DNA of 44,763 bases, taken from Candidatus Woesearchaeota archaeon (GTDB lineage Archaea > Nanobdellota > Nanobdellia > Pacearchaeales > GW2011-AR1). The position numbers were made by a program, and so were the translations under genes. Of this stretch, positions 17,111 to 26,036 are shown piece after piece; position 1 is the stretch's first letter, and the number at the start of each line of letters is the position of its first letter. The DNA lies in NCBI GenBank assembly GCA_964482665.1, contig CAYZYW010000003.1:1-44763 (forward strand), written 5' to 3'. Under the pieces are notes generated by a model. That model was not told where the DNA came from. It was given only the letters and a program-made list of their open reading frames with translations, and made no database searches.

Positions 17111-17545
17111 ATGAAAAAAGAATTTAGTAAAAGTTGGAAAGCAAGTAAGCAACCAAGAAAGCAAGTAAAATATAGAGCTAAAGCTCCATTACATCTTCGA
17201 AAGAAATTTGTTAGTATAAACTTGTCAAAAGATTTACGAGATAAAATGAAAAAAAGAAATATTGTTGTAAAGAAAGATGATGTTGTTAAAATTATGAGGG
17301 GGAAATATAAAAACAAACAAGGAAAAGTTCTGAAGGTATTATTAAAAATTTCAAAACTTATCGTCGAAGGAATTAATGTTAAAAAACAAGATGGGTCAAA
17401 AGCTGAAGTTAAAATGCAACCTTCAAATCTACAAATTATTACATTGGCTGAAAGAAATAGGAAGCCAGAAAATAAACAGGTTGTTGAAAAAATAGAAACA
17501 CCTAAAAAAGAAATTAAACCTAAAAATACAGGAGAAAAGAAATAA
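17111..17545 (+). CDS. rpl24: 50S ribosomal protein L24 (uL24)
   Basis: KOW motif (KKDDVVKIMRGKYKNKQGKVLKV). K/E-rich C-terminal tail. Confidence 0.9.
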   Translation: MKKEFSKSWKASKQPRKQVKYRAKAPLHLRKKFVSINLSKDLRDKMKKRNIVVKKDDVVKIMRGKYKNKQGKVLKVLLKISKLIVEGINVKKQDGSKAEVKMQPSNLQIITLAERNRKPENKQVVEKIETPKKEIKPKNTGEKK

Positions 17546-18210
17546 TGTCGCATTTAAAAAGATATAAGTCACCAAAAAATTGGCCGATAAATAGGAAGGG
17601 TACAACATTTGTAATTAGATCTAGCTTTAGCTACAATGAAGGGTTACCCTTAACTGTTATATTGAGGGATATTCTTACAATAGCTAAAACAAAAAGAGAA
17701 GTTAAAAAAGCTGTTCATGAAAAAAATATCTTAATAAACAATCGTCTAGCTCGAAGTGAAAAAGAAGCCTACTTATTATTCGATGTTTTAACAATAGTTC
17801 CTTCTAAAAAACACTATAGAATTGAAAAATCTTTAAATGGTAAATTCAATATTATTGAAATTTCTGAAAAAGACGCTAACCAAAAAGTTTCAAAAATAAC
17901 TGGAAAGAAAATATTAAAAGGACGAAAAACACAATTAAACTTATTCGATGGTAGAAATTTTTTATCTGAAATGAAATGCTCTGTTGGAGACTCGGTAGTA
18001 GTTGAATTTGGTTCAGAAAAAAAAGATTCAAAAATTAAAAAATGTTTAACCTTAAAAGAAAAAGCAAAAGTTTTTGTTTTTGGCGGAAAGCATGCTGGAG
18101 CAAATGGTGTTATTTTAAAAATTGACGCCGAATCAAAAATCGCAGAACTTAAAGTTGGAGAAAATAAAACTAATGTTTTAATTAAACAATTAATGGTAAT
18201 AGAAGAATGA
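17545..18210 (+). CDS. rps4e: 30S ribosomal protein S4e (eS4)
   Basis: MSHLKRYKSPKNWPINRKGTTFV N-terminus is typical of S4e. Archaeal-specific position. Confidence 0.92.
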   Translation: MSHLKRYKSPKNWPINRKGTTFVIRSSFSYNEGLPLTVILRDILTIAKTKREVKKAVHEKNILINNRLARSEKEAYLLFDVLTIVPSKKHYRIEKSLNGKFNIIEISEKDANQKVSKITGKKILKGRKTQLNLFDGRNFLSEMKCSVGDSVVVEFGSEKKDSKIKKCLTLKEKAKVFVFGGKHAGANGVILKIDAESKIAELKVGENKTNVLIKQLMVIEE

Positions 18211-18719
18211 ATGAGTCAAAAATGAACAACAAAATGAGAGAAATAACAATAGAAAAAGTTGCACTAAGTATAGGTGGAATTGGAGAGGATTTAGAAAAAG
18301 GATTTAAATTATTAAAAGTTCTTACAGGAAGGAAGCCTGCAAAGATGAGTTCTTCAAAAAGAATTCCTTCTCTAGGTGTTCGTCCAAATTTAGAAATTGG
18401 TACAGTTGTTACAATTCGAAAAGACGTGGACAATATAATAAAAAGGATGCTTGTTGCAATTGATAATAAATTAAAAAAGAAACAAATCAGTGAAAATAAT
18501 TTTTCGTTTGGAATTAAAGAATATATTGAAATTCCGGATGTAGAATATCAGAGAGAAATTGGAATTATTGGTTTTGACGTAACAATTGTTTTTAAAAGAA
18601 CAGGTAGAAGAGTTAAGTTGAAAAAAATCAAAAGAGGAAAAGTTTCAAAAAGACAAATCATAACAAAAGAGGAAATAATTAAATATATGGAAGATCACTT
18701 CAAAACGGAGTTTAAATAA
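18207..18719 (+). CDS. rpl5: 50S ribosomal protein L5 (uL5)
   Basis: IEKVALSIGGIGEDLEKG..LTGRKP... and GFDVTIVF motifs. Confidence 0.92.
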   Translation: MNESKMNNKMREITIEKVALSIGGIGEDLEKGFKLLKVLTGRKPAKMSSSKRIPSLGVRPNLEIGTVVTIRKDVDNIIKRMLVAIDNKLKKKQISENNFSFGIKEYIEIPDVEYQREIGIIGFDVTIVFKRTGRRVKLKKIKRGKVSKRQIITKEEIIKYMEDHFKTEFK

Positions 18720-18720
18720 A

Positions 18721-18951
18721 ATGGGAGCAAGTGATTGGAAAAATATGTTTAAGCAATTAGATAACAAGCCAGCCATTAAGGCTAAATACATTAAACATTG
18801 CAAACCGGCGGATAGAAAATTCGGTGTGGCGTCGAAAAAATGTGAAAGATGTGGTAGATTTGGTGGCCATATAAAATCATACGGTCTGAATTATTGCAGG
18901 CATTGTTTTAGAGAAATAGCGGAGGAACTTGGATTTAAAAAATTCAACTAA
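18721..18951 (+). CDS. rps14: 30S ribosomal protein S14 (uS14), zinc-binding type
   Basis: CERCGR...CRHCFRE zinc ribbon, plus synteny. At 76 aa it is somewhat longer than the usual archaeal form. Confidence 0.88.
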   Translation: MGASDWKNMFKQLDNKPAIKAKYIKHCKPADRKFGVASKKCERCGRFGGHIKSYGLNYCRHCFREIAEELGFKKFN

Positions 18952-18955
18952 TAAA

Positions 18956-19336
18956 ATGTCACAAGATATAACAGCAGATGCATTAAATATGATTCAAAAT
19001 GCCAGAAAGGCAGATAAAGAAGAAGTAATTGTAAAAAGAATTTCAAACTTATTAATTGAAATCTTAAAAATTATGAAACAAGAAGGTGCGATTAAAAAAT
19101 ATAAAATTAACGTAAAGGATAAAACTCTTAAAATTACATTAGGGGATTTGGTAAAATGCAACTCTATAAAACCTAGATTTAGTGTTAATAAAGAACAGAT
19201 TGAAAAATACAGAAGAAGATATCTTCCAGCAAGAAAAATTGGTACGATGATTGTTTCAACAAACAAAGGATTGGTTACACACGAAGAAGCTCAAAAAGAA
19301 CAAATTGGAGGATGCTTAATTGCATATTTTTACTAA
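18956..19336 (+). CDS. rps8: 30S ribosomal protein S8 (uS8)
   Basis: Start moved to ATG 18956 (MSQDITADALNMIQNA...), just after the S14 stop. It ends GGCLIAYFY. Confidence 0.9.
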   Translation: MSQDITADALNMIQNARKADKEEVIVKRISNLLIEILKIMKQEGAIKKYKINVKDKTLKITLGDLVKCNSIKPRFSVNKEQIEKYRRRYLPARKIGTMIVSTNKGLVTHEEAQKEQIGGCLIAYFY

Positions 19337-19878
19337 TGAAAAAAAACTTATTTAAAGAAATAAAAATCCCTGAAGGAATTGAAGTTAAAATCAATGATTC
19401 TGAACTTAGTGTAAAAGGTTCTGAAGGAGAAAATAAAAAAATCTTTAATTTGACAAATTTAACATTTGAAATCGATGGGGATCAAATAAGATTTGGAAAT
19501 GAAAAATCAACAAAGAATGAAAAAAAGAAAATGAACACGATTGCTTCACATATTAAAAATATGATTCAAGGTGTTCAAAAAAAATTCGAATATAAAATGA
19601 AAATTTGTTTTAATCATTTTCCATTTACAATAAATATGAATGGAAAAAACGTTTTAATTAAAAATTTCCTTGGAGAAAAAATTGATCGATCATGTAAAAT
19701 TTGTAAAAATGCAGATGTAAAAATTGACAAAGAAATTGTAACAATTGTGTCATGCGATAAAGAGGCTGCTGGACAAACTGCAGCAAATTTTGAAACAGTG
19801 ACAAAGGTTAAAAATCGGGATCGTAGAGTGTTTCAAGACGGAATTTTTATCACACATAAGGAGGGCATTGCAATATGA
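19336..19878 (+). CDS. rpl6: 50S ribosomal protein L6 (uL6)
   Basis: Start moved to ATG 19336 (TAATG overlap with S8). IKIPEGIEVKINDSELSVKGSEGE matches the L6 N-terminus. Confidence 0.9.
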   Translation: MKKNLFKEIKIPEGIEVKINDSELSVKGSEGENKKIFNLTNLTFEIDGDQIRFGNEKSTKNEKKKMNTIASHIKNMIQGVQKKFEYKMKICFNHFPFTINMNGKNVLIKNFLGEKIDRSCKICKNADVKIDKEIVTIVSCDKEAAGQTAANFETVTKVKNRDRRVFQDGIFITHKEGIAI

Positions 19879-20294
19879 AGTTCCTAAGAAGATCATGGGA
19901 TAGATATTCCAAATTAGGTAAGGGTCGAAAGAAAAAACAAAAATGGAAAAAACCTACAGGTAGAGACAATAAAATGAGAGAAAAGAAACGTGGTAAACCT
20001 GCTGTAGTTAGTGTTGGGTACAAAAATGATGTTTCAAAATCTGGTAAATTAAAAGAAAAGATAAAAATTATGGTTAGAAATATTGCAGATTTAAATAAAA
20101 TTGGAAAAGAAAATATTGCAGTAATTGCAAATATTGGGAAAAAGAAAAAAATAGAAATAGTAAAAAAAGCAAAAGAAATGAAAGTTGAAATTTATAATTT
20201 AAATATAAAAACATATTTAAAAAAACTAGGGAATGAAAAGAATGTATCCCTTGAAAAATCTTCAAAAAAAATTTCCACTGAGGACAAAAAATGA
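19875..20294 (+). CDS. rpl32e: 50S ribosomal protein L32e (eL32)
   Basis: FLRRSWDRYSKLGKGRKKKQKWKKPTGRDNKMR motif. Archaeal-specific. Confidence 0.9.
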   Translation: MKFLRRSWDRYSKLGKGRKKKQKWKKPTGRDNKMREKKRGKPAVVSVGYKNDVSKSGKLKEKIKIMVRNIADLNKIGKENIAVIANIGKKKKIEIVKKAKEMKVEIYNLNIKTYLKKLGNEKNVSLEKSSKKISTEDKK

Positions 20295-20698
20295 ATCTAA
20301 GAAATAAAAAATCGTTGGCAGTAAGAACACTAAAAGTTGGAAGAGAAAGAATTATATTTTTAATGTCAAGACTTAGCGATATTAAAGAAGCTATTACAAA
20401 ACAAGATATACGGGACTTAAAAAAAGATGGGGCTATCTTGGTTAAAGAAGTTAAAGGTAGAAAGAAAAACCTTAAAGGTTCCACAAAACGAAGTACGGGA
20501 AATATTCGTAAAAAGGTTAACAAAAGAAAACAAGAGTATGTTATAATGACTCGTAAGCTGAGAAGATATACTGCCGAAATGAAAAAGCAGGGATTGATTA
20601 ATCTCGAAGAAACTAAGCAAATTCGAAATAAAATAAGAAATAGAATGTTTAAAAGTGCAGCACATTTGAAAACATATATTAAGGAATTAAAAAAATGA
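20291..20698 (+). CDS. rpl19e: 50S ribosomal protein L19e (eL19)
   Basis: MNLRNKKSLAVRTLKVGRERI N-terminus, plus synteny. Confidence 0.9.
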   Translation: MNLRNKKSLAVRTLKVGRERIIFLMSRLSDIKEAITKQDIRDLKKDGAILVKEVKGRKKNLKGSTKRSTGNIRKKVNKRKQEYVIMTRKLRRYTAEMKKQGLINLEETKQIRNKIRNRMFKSAAHLKTYIKELKK

Positions 20699-21189
20699 AA
20701 ACAATACGAAGAAGAAGAAAAGAATGTAAAACAAATTATCATAAAAGAGTGAAGCTTTTAAAAAGTGAAAAACCTCGATTGGTTTTTAGAAAAACAAATA
20801 AATATTTAATTGCACAATATACAACAAGCTTTGAGGCTCAAGATAAAGTTATTTTTAATATTAATTCAAAAGATTTATTGAAAAATAACTGGCCAAAAGA
20901 AATGGCTGGAAGTTTAAAATCTATACCTGCTGCATATTTAACTGGATATCTAGTTGGAACTAAAATAATTTCTGAAAAACTTGAAACTCCCGTTGTAGAT
21001 TTAGGAATGATTAGAACAATTTATAAAACAAAAGTTTTTGCTTTTATTAAAGGATTAATTGACTCAGGAGTTAAAATTCCATGTAAAGAAGAAGCTTTTC
21101 CTGAAGAAGATAGAATCGTTGGAAAAAGTTTGAAAAATGATTTTTCAAAAACATTTGAAGAAATTAAATCAAAAATAGGAAATAAATAA
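20695..21189 (+). CDS. rpl18: 50S ribosomal protein L18 (uL18)
   Basis: RRRRKECKTNYHKRVKLLKSEKPRLVFRKTNKYLIAQ motif. Confidence 0.9.
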   Translation: MKTIRRRRKECKTNYHKRVKLLKSEKPRLVFRKTNKYLIAQYTTSFEAQDKVIFNINSKDLLKNNWPKEMAGSLKSIPAAYLTGYLVGTKIISEKLETPVVDLGMIRTIYKTKVFAFIKGLIDSGVKIPCKEEAFPEEDRIVGKSLKNDFSKTFEEIKSKIGNK

Positions 21190-22085
21190 TGACAGAAGAA
21201 AATAAAAAATCAGAGAAGAAAGAAGAAATGAAAATTGTAAAAAAAACTGTAGATGCTCATGGAACAACATCTGAAAAAATTAATGAAAAAGCGACAGATA
21301 AAATGATTGAAGTTTCTGAAAAAGAAGATTCAAATAAGGCGGCAGAAGAAAAAGTTGAAGAAATAAAAAAAGAAGAAGAGAAAGACAAAAAAGGAAAATT
21401 TAAAGGTCGAAGAAAACGAAGCTTTGAGCCAACACGTGAAGAAATTGTTTCGGCATGGGAGCCCAAAACAGAACTTGGAAAAGATGTAAAAAACGAAAAG
21501 ATAAAAAATATAGATGAAATTTTAGATGCAAATAAAAAAATTCTTGAACCTGAAATTATTGATAAGTTGTTGAATGTTAAATCTGATTTAATTAATATTG
21601 GTCAGGCAAAAGGTAAATTTGGTGGTGGAAAAAGAAGAGCATGGAGACAAACTCAACGAAAAACAAAGGAAGGAAATGTTATGACATTTTCAGCTTTAGC
21701 AGTTGTTGGTGATGAAAATGGGCATATTGGTTTTGGTGTTGGAAAAGCAAAGGAAACTTTACCAGCAAGAGATAAAGCTATTCGTAAGGCAAAATTAAAC
21801 TTAATAAAAATTAAAAGAGATTGTTCAGCTTTCGATTGTGATTGTTCAGATCCTCACAGTGTTCCATTTAAAGTTGAAGGAAAAGCTGGAAGCGTTCGAA
21901 TTGTATTTACACCAGCACCGCAAGGAACACGTTTAGTTGTTGCAAATGAATTAAAGAAAATTTTAAAACTTGCAGGAATAAAAGATGTTTATTCAAAAAC
22001 ATATGGAAGTGTTCGAACAACTTTTAATTTAGTTAAAGCTTGCTTTGATGCTTTAGAAAAAACAAATACTGGAGGCATCAAATGA
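21189..22085 (+). CDS. rps5: 30S ribosomal protein S5 (uS5) with a ~90-aa K/E-rich N-terminal extension
   Basis: Core motifs: GKFGGGKRRAWRQ..., FSALAVVGDENGHIGFGVGKAKE. The first ~90 residues are low-complexity K/E-rich. Confidence 0.9.
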   Translation: MTEENKKSEKKEEMKIVKKTVDAHGTTSEKINEKATDKMIEVSEKEDSNKAAEEKVEEIKKEEEKDKKGKFKGRRKRSFEPTREEIVSAWEPKTELGKDVKNEKIKNIDEILDANKKILEPEIIDKLLNVKSDLINIGQAKGKFGGGKRRAWRQTQRKTKEGNVMTFSALAVVGDENGHIGFGVGKAKETLPARDKAIRKAKLNLIKIKRDCSAFDCDCSDPHSVPFKVEGKAGSVRIVFTPAPQGTRLVVANELKKILKLAGIKDVYSKTYGSVRTTFNLVKACFDALEKTNTGGIK

Positions 22086-22444
22086 TTTGTGCAATTAGAA
22101 TTAGGGGAATGGTAGGATTAAATAAAGATGTAAAAGAAACACTTCATAGATTAAGACTTCGAAGAAAATATTCATGTATTGTTCTTAAAAATCCAACAAA
22201 AGAACAAATTGGGATGATTAAACGTTTAAGAGATTTTGTTGCATACGGAGAAATTGATGAGTCGGTTTATAAAAAACTTGTTGACGCTCGAGGGCAAAAA
22301 GATCAAGATGGAAAATTAAAACCTTTCTTTAGATTACATCCTGCACGAGGCGGAATTGATACAAAAAAGCATTTTGGTGTTAAAAAAGGTGTTCTTGGAG
22401 ATCACGGTAAGGATTTAAATAAATTGCTAGAGAGAATGTTATAA
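22082..22444 (+). CDS. rpl30: 50S ribosomal protein L30 (uL30)
   Basis: IRIRGMVGLNKDVKETLHRLRLRRK motif, ATGA overlap with S5. Confidence 0.9.
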   Translation: MICAIRIRGMVGLNKDVKETLHRLRLRRKYSCIVLKNPTKEQIGMIKRLRDFVAYGEIDESVYKKLVDARGQKDQDGKLKPFFRLHPARGGIDTKKHFGVKKGVLGDHGKDLNKLLERML

Positions 22445-22445
22445 A

Positions 22446-22961
22446 ATGGCAATAAAAACGCACAAAAGAAGAAAAGAATCAAGACAACATGGTAGGAAAA
22501 TGGGAACACATGGTGGCGGTGCTCGTAAGAAACGAAAAGGTACAGGTCATAAAGGTGGAAAAGGAATGAGTGGAAGTGGTAAACGAGCTGATCATAAAAA
22601 AACATTAGTTCAAAAATTATATGGTCATGAATATTTTGGTAAACAAGGTGTTACAAGTCGTGGAACAAAACGAGATACGCGAAAAAGAATTAATCTTCAA
22701 ACGATTGAATTAAATCTTGAAAAATATGGGAAGAAAACACCAAAAGGTTTTGAGATTAATTTGAGTAAATATAAAATTCTCGGAACAGGTGAAGTAAAAA
22801 ATGCACTTTTCATAAAAGCACTTGAAGCTTCAAAGTCTGCGATTGAAAAAGTTAAAAAAGCTGGTGGGGAAATCGTAACTAAAGAAAAGAAGCTAATGAA
22901 AACCCCTTTAGTTGAAAGTCCAAAAGCTTTGGCAAAAAAAGCTAAAGCAAAGAAGAAGTGA
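22446..22961 (+). CDS. rpl15: 50S ribosomal protein L15 (uL15)
   Basis: Gly/Lys-rich N-terminus (HGGGARKKRKGTGHKGGKGMSGSGKR), plus synteny. Confidence 0.9.
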   Translation: MAIKTHKRRKESRQHGRKMGTHGGGARKKRKGTGHKGGKGMSGSGKRADHKKTLVQKLYGHEYFGKQGVTSRGTKRDTRKRINLQTIELNLEKYGKKTPKGFEINLSKYKILGTGEVKNALFIKALEASKSAIEKVKKAGGEIVTKEKKLMKTPLVESPKALAKKAKAKKK

Positions 22962-23413
22962 TTTTTTAATATGACATTTAAACTAGATCAATATCTAATA
23001 AATAAACTTCATCTTCAAAGGTTTCAATCTTCACGAAGAATTGTTCCTTATTGTGAAGATGAAAAAAAGTCCAAGTGAAATACTTAACATTAATCCTTCG
23101 GAAATTCTCTCTATGAAAAGCTATGCAGTTTGTGCCTATGCTTTAGAGGGATGTAAAACTTCCGACGATCTTGCCAAAAGAGGCATTGTTGTATATTGGT
23201 AATTTATTAATGATAATCTTTAAATTGTTTTTTCTTTATCAATCCGCTTCATATATGAATCGCAACCTACCTTCTTATTTGAGAACTCCCTGTCTGAATA
23301 AATAAAAAGTGGAGTCATCAAAATAGATGCACTTATAATTTTTAATGAATATTTACTTATCTAAATAAATTCCTCATCAAAACTCTTATAAATCCCTTTG
23401 GTGAATATTAAAT

Positions 23414-24847
23414 ATGGACTTTAGAAAAATATTCGATTATATTCCGGAGGTGGTGAAACCTGCAGAAAAAAATGTTGATTTTAAAACTAAACTTAAATGG
23501 ACTATCATTATTTTAGTTGCATTTTTTATATTATCTAATATTTCTCTTTTTGGACTTAGTGCAAATGCCATGGAGCGATTCGAGTATCTTGCAATAATTC
23601 TTGGTACAGATTTTGGAAGCATTATTTCATTGGGTATTGGACCAATTGTAATGGCTTCAATTATTTTACAGTTACTAATGGGTTCGCAAATTATTAATAT
23701 AGATACTTCAACAGCTGAGGGTAAAAAGTTTTATCAAGGTGTTCAAAAATTATTAGTTTTGTTTTTTATTGTTTTTGAGGCCGTCGTTTATGTTATGATG
23801 CAAGGCCTTCAGGCGATGCCTGGCTTTGCCAGTCTAGTTATTTTTCAGTTAATACTTGGTGGGTTAGCAATTTTTTATATGGATAAAGTTACAACAAATT
23901 GGGGATTTGGATCAGGTGTAAGTTTATTTATTGGTGCAGGTGTAAGTTTAAGATTATTCACAAGTGCATTTCAATTTGTAACAAATCAAGGTAAAAATTG
24001 CTTATTTGATTTTAAAGGAACTCCATGTTCGGGAAAGGTTTTGGTTTTGGTTCAATCTATAATTAATAAATATCCTACTGAGTTTATTTCAGCTCTTGCG
24101 GCTATTGTGGCGACAGTTGTTATTTTTATTGTTGTTGTATGGGCTCAATCATTAAAAGTTGAAATTCCGCTTTCTTTTGGACGAATTCGTGGCTATGCTA
24201 TGAAATGGCCATTATCATTTTTTTATGCCTCTGTTATTCCCGTTATTTTAACAGCTGCACTTATGGCAAATTTTCAATTATTTGGTGGATTAATTGAAAA
24301 TGCCGCTTCTCCATGTCTTGAGGGTGCATGCTCAGGTTTTGCGAGAATCGCTTCACATTTGGGATTTTTAGGACATTTTGTTAATGGACAAGCTGTTTCA
24401 GGTTTGTCATTTTGGATGGGCTCAAGTAATTTATTAGAGCTTTTTATTAGAGGTGGATTTATGTGGAAATATGCATTACAGGGTTTGACTCATATATTTT
24501 TCTTTATGTTGTTCTCAACTTTGTTTGCTGTGTTTTGGGTTAAGACGGCTGGAATGGATTCAAAGTCTCAGGCTCAAAAAATTGCAAGTTCAGGTTTGCA
24601 GGTTTCAGGGTTTAGACAGGATATTCGAATTTTAGAAAGTATACTTGATAGATATATTATGCCATTAACCGTTATGGGTGGCTTAGCGATTGGTTTACTA
24701 GCTTCATTAACAGATCTTTTAGGAGCATTAGTTTCAGGAACAGCAATCTTATTGGTAATTATGATTATGTTCCAGTTTTATCAGAACATTGCACAAAAAC
24801 ATATGACAGATATGAATCCAGCAATGAGAAAGTTTATGGGTGGATAG
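23414..24847 (+). CDS. secY: Preprotein translocase subunit SecY
   Basis: 477 aa, about 10 TM segments. IISLGIGPIVMASIILQLL (TM2 plug region). Sits downstream of L15. A TATA-like TTATAAAT lies at 23386-23393. Confidence 0.92.
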   Translation: MDFRKIFDYIPEVVKPAEKNVDFKTKLKWTIIILVAFFILSNISLFGLSANAMERFEYLAIILGTDFGSIISLGIGPIVMASIILQLLMGSQIINIDTSTAEGKKFYQGVQKLLVLFFIVFEAVVYVMMQGLQAMPGFASLVIFQLILGGLAIFYMDKVTTNWGFGSGVSLFIGAGVSLRLFTSAFQFVTNQGKNCLFDFKGTPCSGKVLVLVQSIINKYPTEFISALAAIVATVVIFIVVVWAQSLKVEIPLSFGRIRGYAMKWPLSFFYASVIPVILTAALMANFQLFGGLIENAASPCLEGACSGFARIASHLGFLGHFVNGQAVSGLSFWMGSSNLLELFIRGGFMWKYALQGLTHIFFFMLFSTLFAVFWVKTAGMDSKSQAQKIASSGLQVSGFRQDIRILESILDRYIMPLTVMGGLAIGLLASLTDLLGALVSGTAILLVIMIMFQFYQNIAQKHMTDMNPAMRKFMGG

Positions 24848-25930
24848 ATTTGAGAAGTTTTTGAATTGACATGAAATTGTTTCCAAGATTTACATAAGCA
24901 ATCCATCCTTGTAATATTTCTTTAAATTTTTCTTTAGATATCTTACCCTTATTAAATAATTCAATCTTTTTCCTAATGTTTCGTAAATTTCTTTTTCTCA
25001 ATAACCTTGAATAATAAAAATTTCTAAATCCGACAAAATCAACTCCTCGAGATAAATTCAATATCTTAGATTTGTCTGGATGAAGTTCAAGCCTTAATTT
25101 TTCTTTTAAAAAAATTTCAACTTGTTTTCTCCAAGTCTTAAGTTGTTTTTTTGAAGGATGTAATAAAACGAAATCATCAACATAGCGAATATAATATTTT
25201 GCTCTTAATTTATTTTTTATAAAATAATCTAATTCATTAAGATATATGTTTGCAAAAAATTGTGAAGTTAAATTTCCTAAAGGTAATCCTTTATTGTTAT
25301 CAAATCCCTGCTTACTTTTCAGGTTCGAGAGAGAGAGAGAGAGAGAGAGAGAGACGAATTACAAATATTCCCTATCGAGGATTTATTGTATCTCTCATTT
25401 TTTATTATAATTTTAATTAACTGTAACGTTTCTTGACACCTTATTTTTCTTTGTAACATCCTTAATAGAATTTTGTGGTCTATGTTTCGGAAATAATGTT
25501 TTACATCTGCCCTGAAACAATGCCCCGAAGAATGTAAATTCTTCGTAACTTTTAATTTGAATTTCTTAAGTCTTTGTAGTGCAAATAATGTTCCTTTGTG
25601 TTTTCTATTTGCACAATTATCACAAATAAATGTTTTATCAAAAATAGGTTCAATTATGTTACACAAGGCGTGATGAATAATTCTATCTCTAAAATCTGCT
25701 TTGGAAATTTTACGAGTCTTTGGGTCTCGTAAAATAAAAATTATCAAAGGCTTTGGTTTGTATGTTTGTTTTAATAATTCTTTCTGTAATTTGAAAAGAT
25801 TTTTTCGCGTATTTTTTTCAAATTCGATAACGTAGTTCTTTTTCGTTTTTCCTTTTCTTGCTTTAATCCAAGCTTTCGCTAAGTTATTCATTGCACATAT
25901 TTTAGGATAAAGATTTTTATGGGTTTTCAT
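24834..25930 (-). CDS. DGR reverse transcriptase, reading frame interrupted at a (TC)14 repeat
   Basis: N-terminal ORF 25930-25319 holds RT motifs 0-3 (NLAKAWIKARKGK, PKPLIIFILRDPKTRKISKADFRDRIIHHAL, CANRKHKGTLFAL, FRADVKHYFRNIDH). My translation of 25322-24834 in the -1 frame gives KGLPLGNLTSQFFANIYLNELD ([ILV]GxxxSQ, DGR-type motif 4), YIRYVDDFVLL (YxDD) and a thumb segment (GVDFVGFRN...LQGWIAYVN). The 3' end overlaps the secY stop by 14 nt. Confidence 0.8.
25327..25354. repeat. (GA)14 / (TC)14 dinucleotide microsatellite inside the RT gene
   Basis: Counted directly: 28 nt of perfect GA repeat on the plus strand. It encodes (SL)n in the RT frame and causes the frame break. Confidence 0.95.
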
Positions 25931-25954
25931 TTCAATGCTGTCCTGAAGATGGGC

Positions 25955-26036
25955 TATTCCAAGATTCGCGTTCCTATTGGAAGGATTCCTGTCACAATTC
26001 AGGTTCGCCCTACTCGAGTCAGCATTGAACCTCGCG
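25955..26036 (-). repeat. DGR template repeat (TR)
   Basis: 82 bp, non-coding, ending 24 nt upstream of the RT ATG. 70/82 identical to 26327-26408. All differences are at plus-strand T (minus-strand A) of this copy. Confidence 0.85.

Noticed and set aside
25327-25354. Possibility that the GA repeat is part of a CRISPR array or other spaced repeat.
   Set aside because: It is a simple perfect dinucleotide tract with no spacers. I saw no CRISPR-like repeat-spacer structure anywhere in the window.
24834-25930. Interpretation of the RT as a group II intron maturase or a retron RT.
   Set aside because: Motif 4 reads LGNLTSQ (DGR-type [ILV]GxxxSQ) rather than the intron-type QG..SP. An A-specific TR/VR pair sits immediately upstream. 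There is no room for intron RNA domains at the 3' side because the ORF ends inside secY. I saw no endonuclease domain or msr/msd-like repeats. I could not run a covariance-model search, so this rejection is not absolute.
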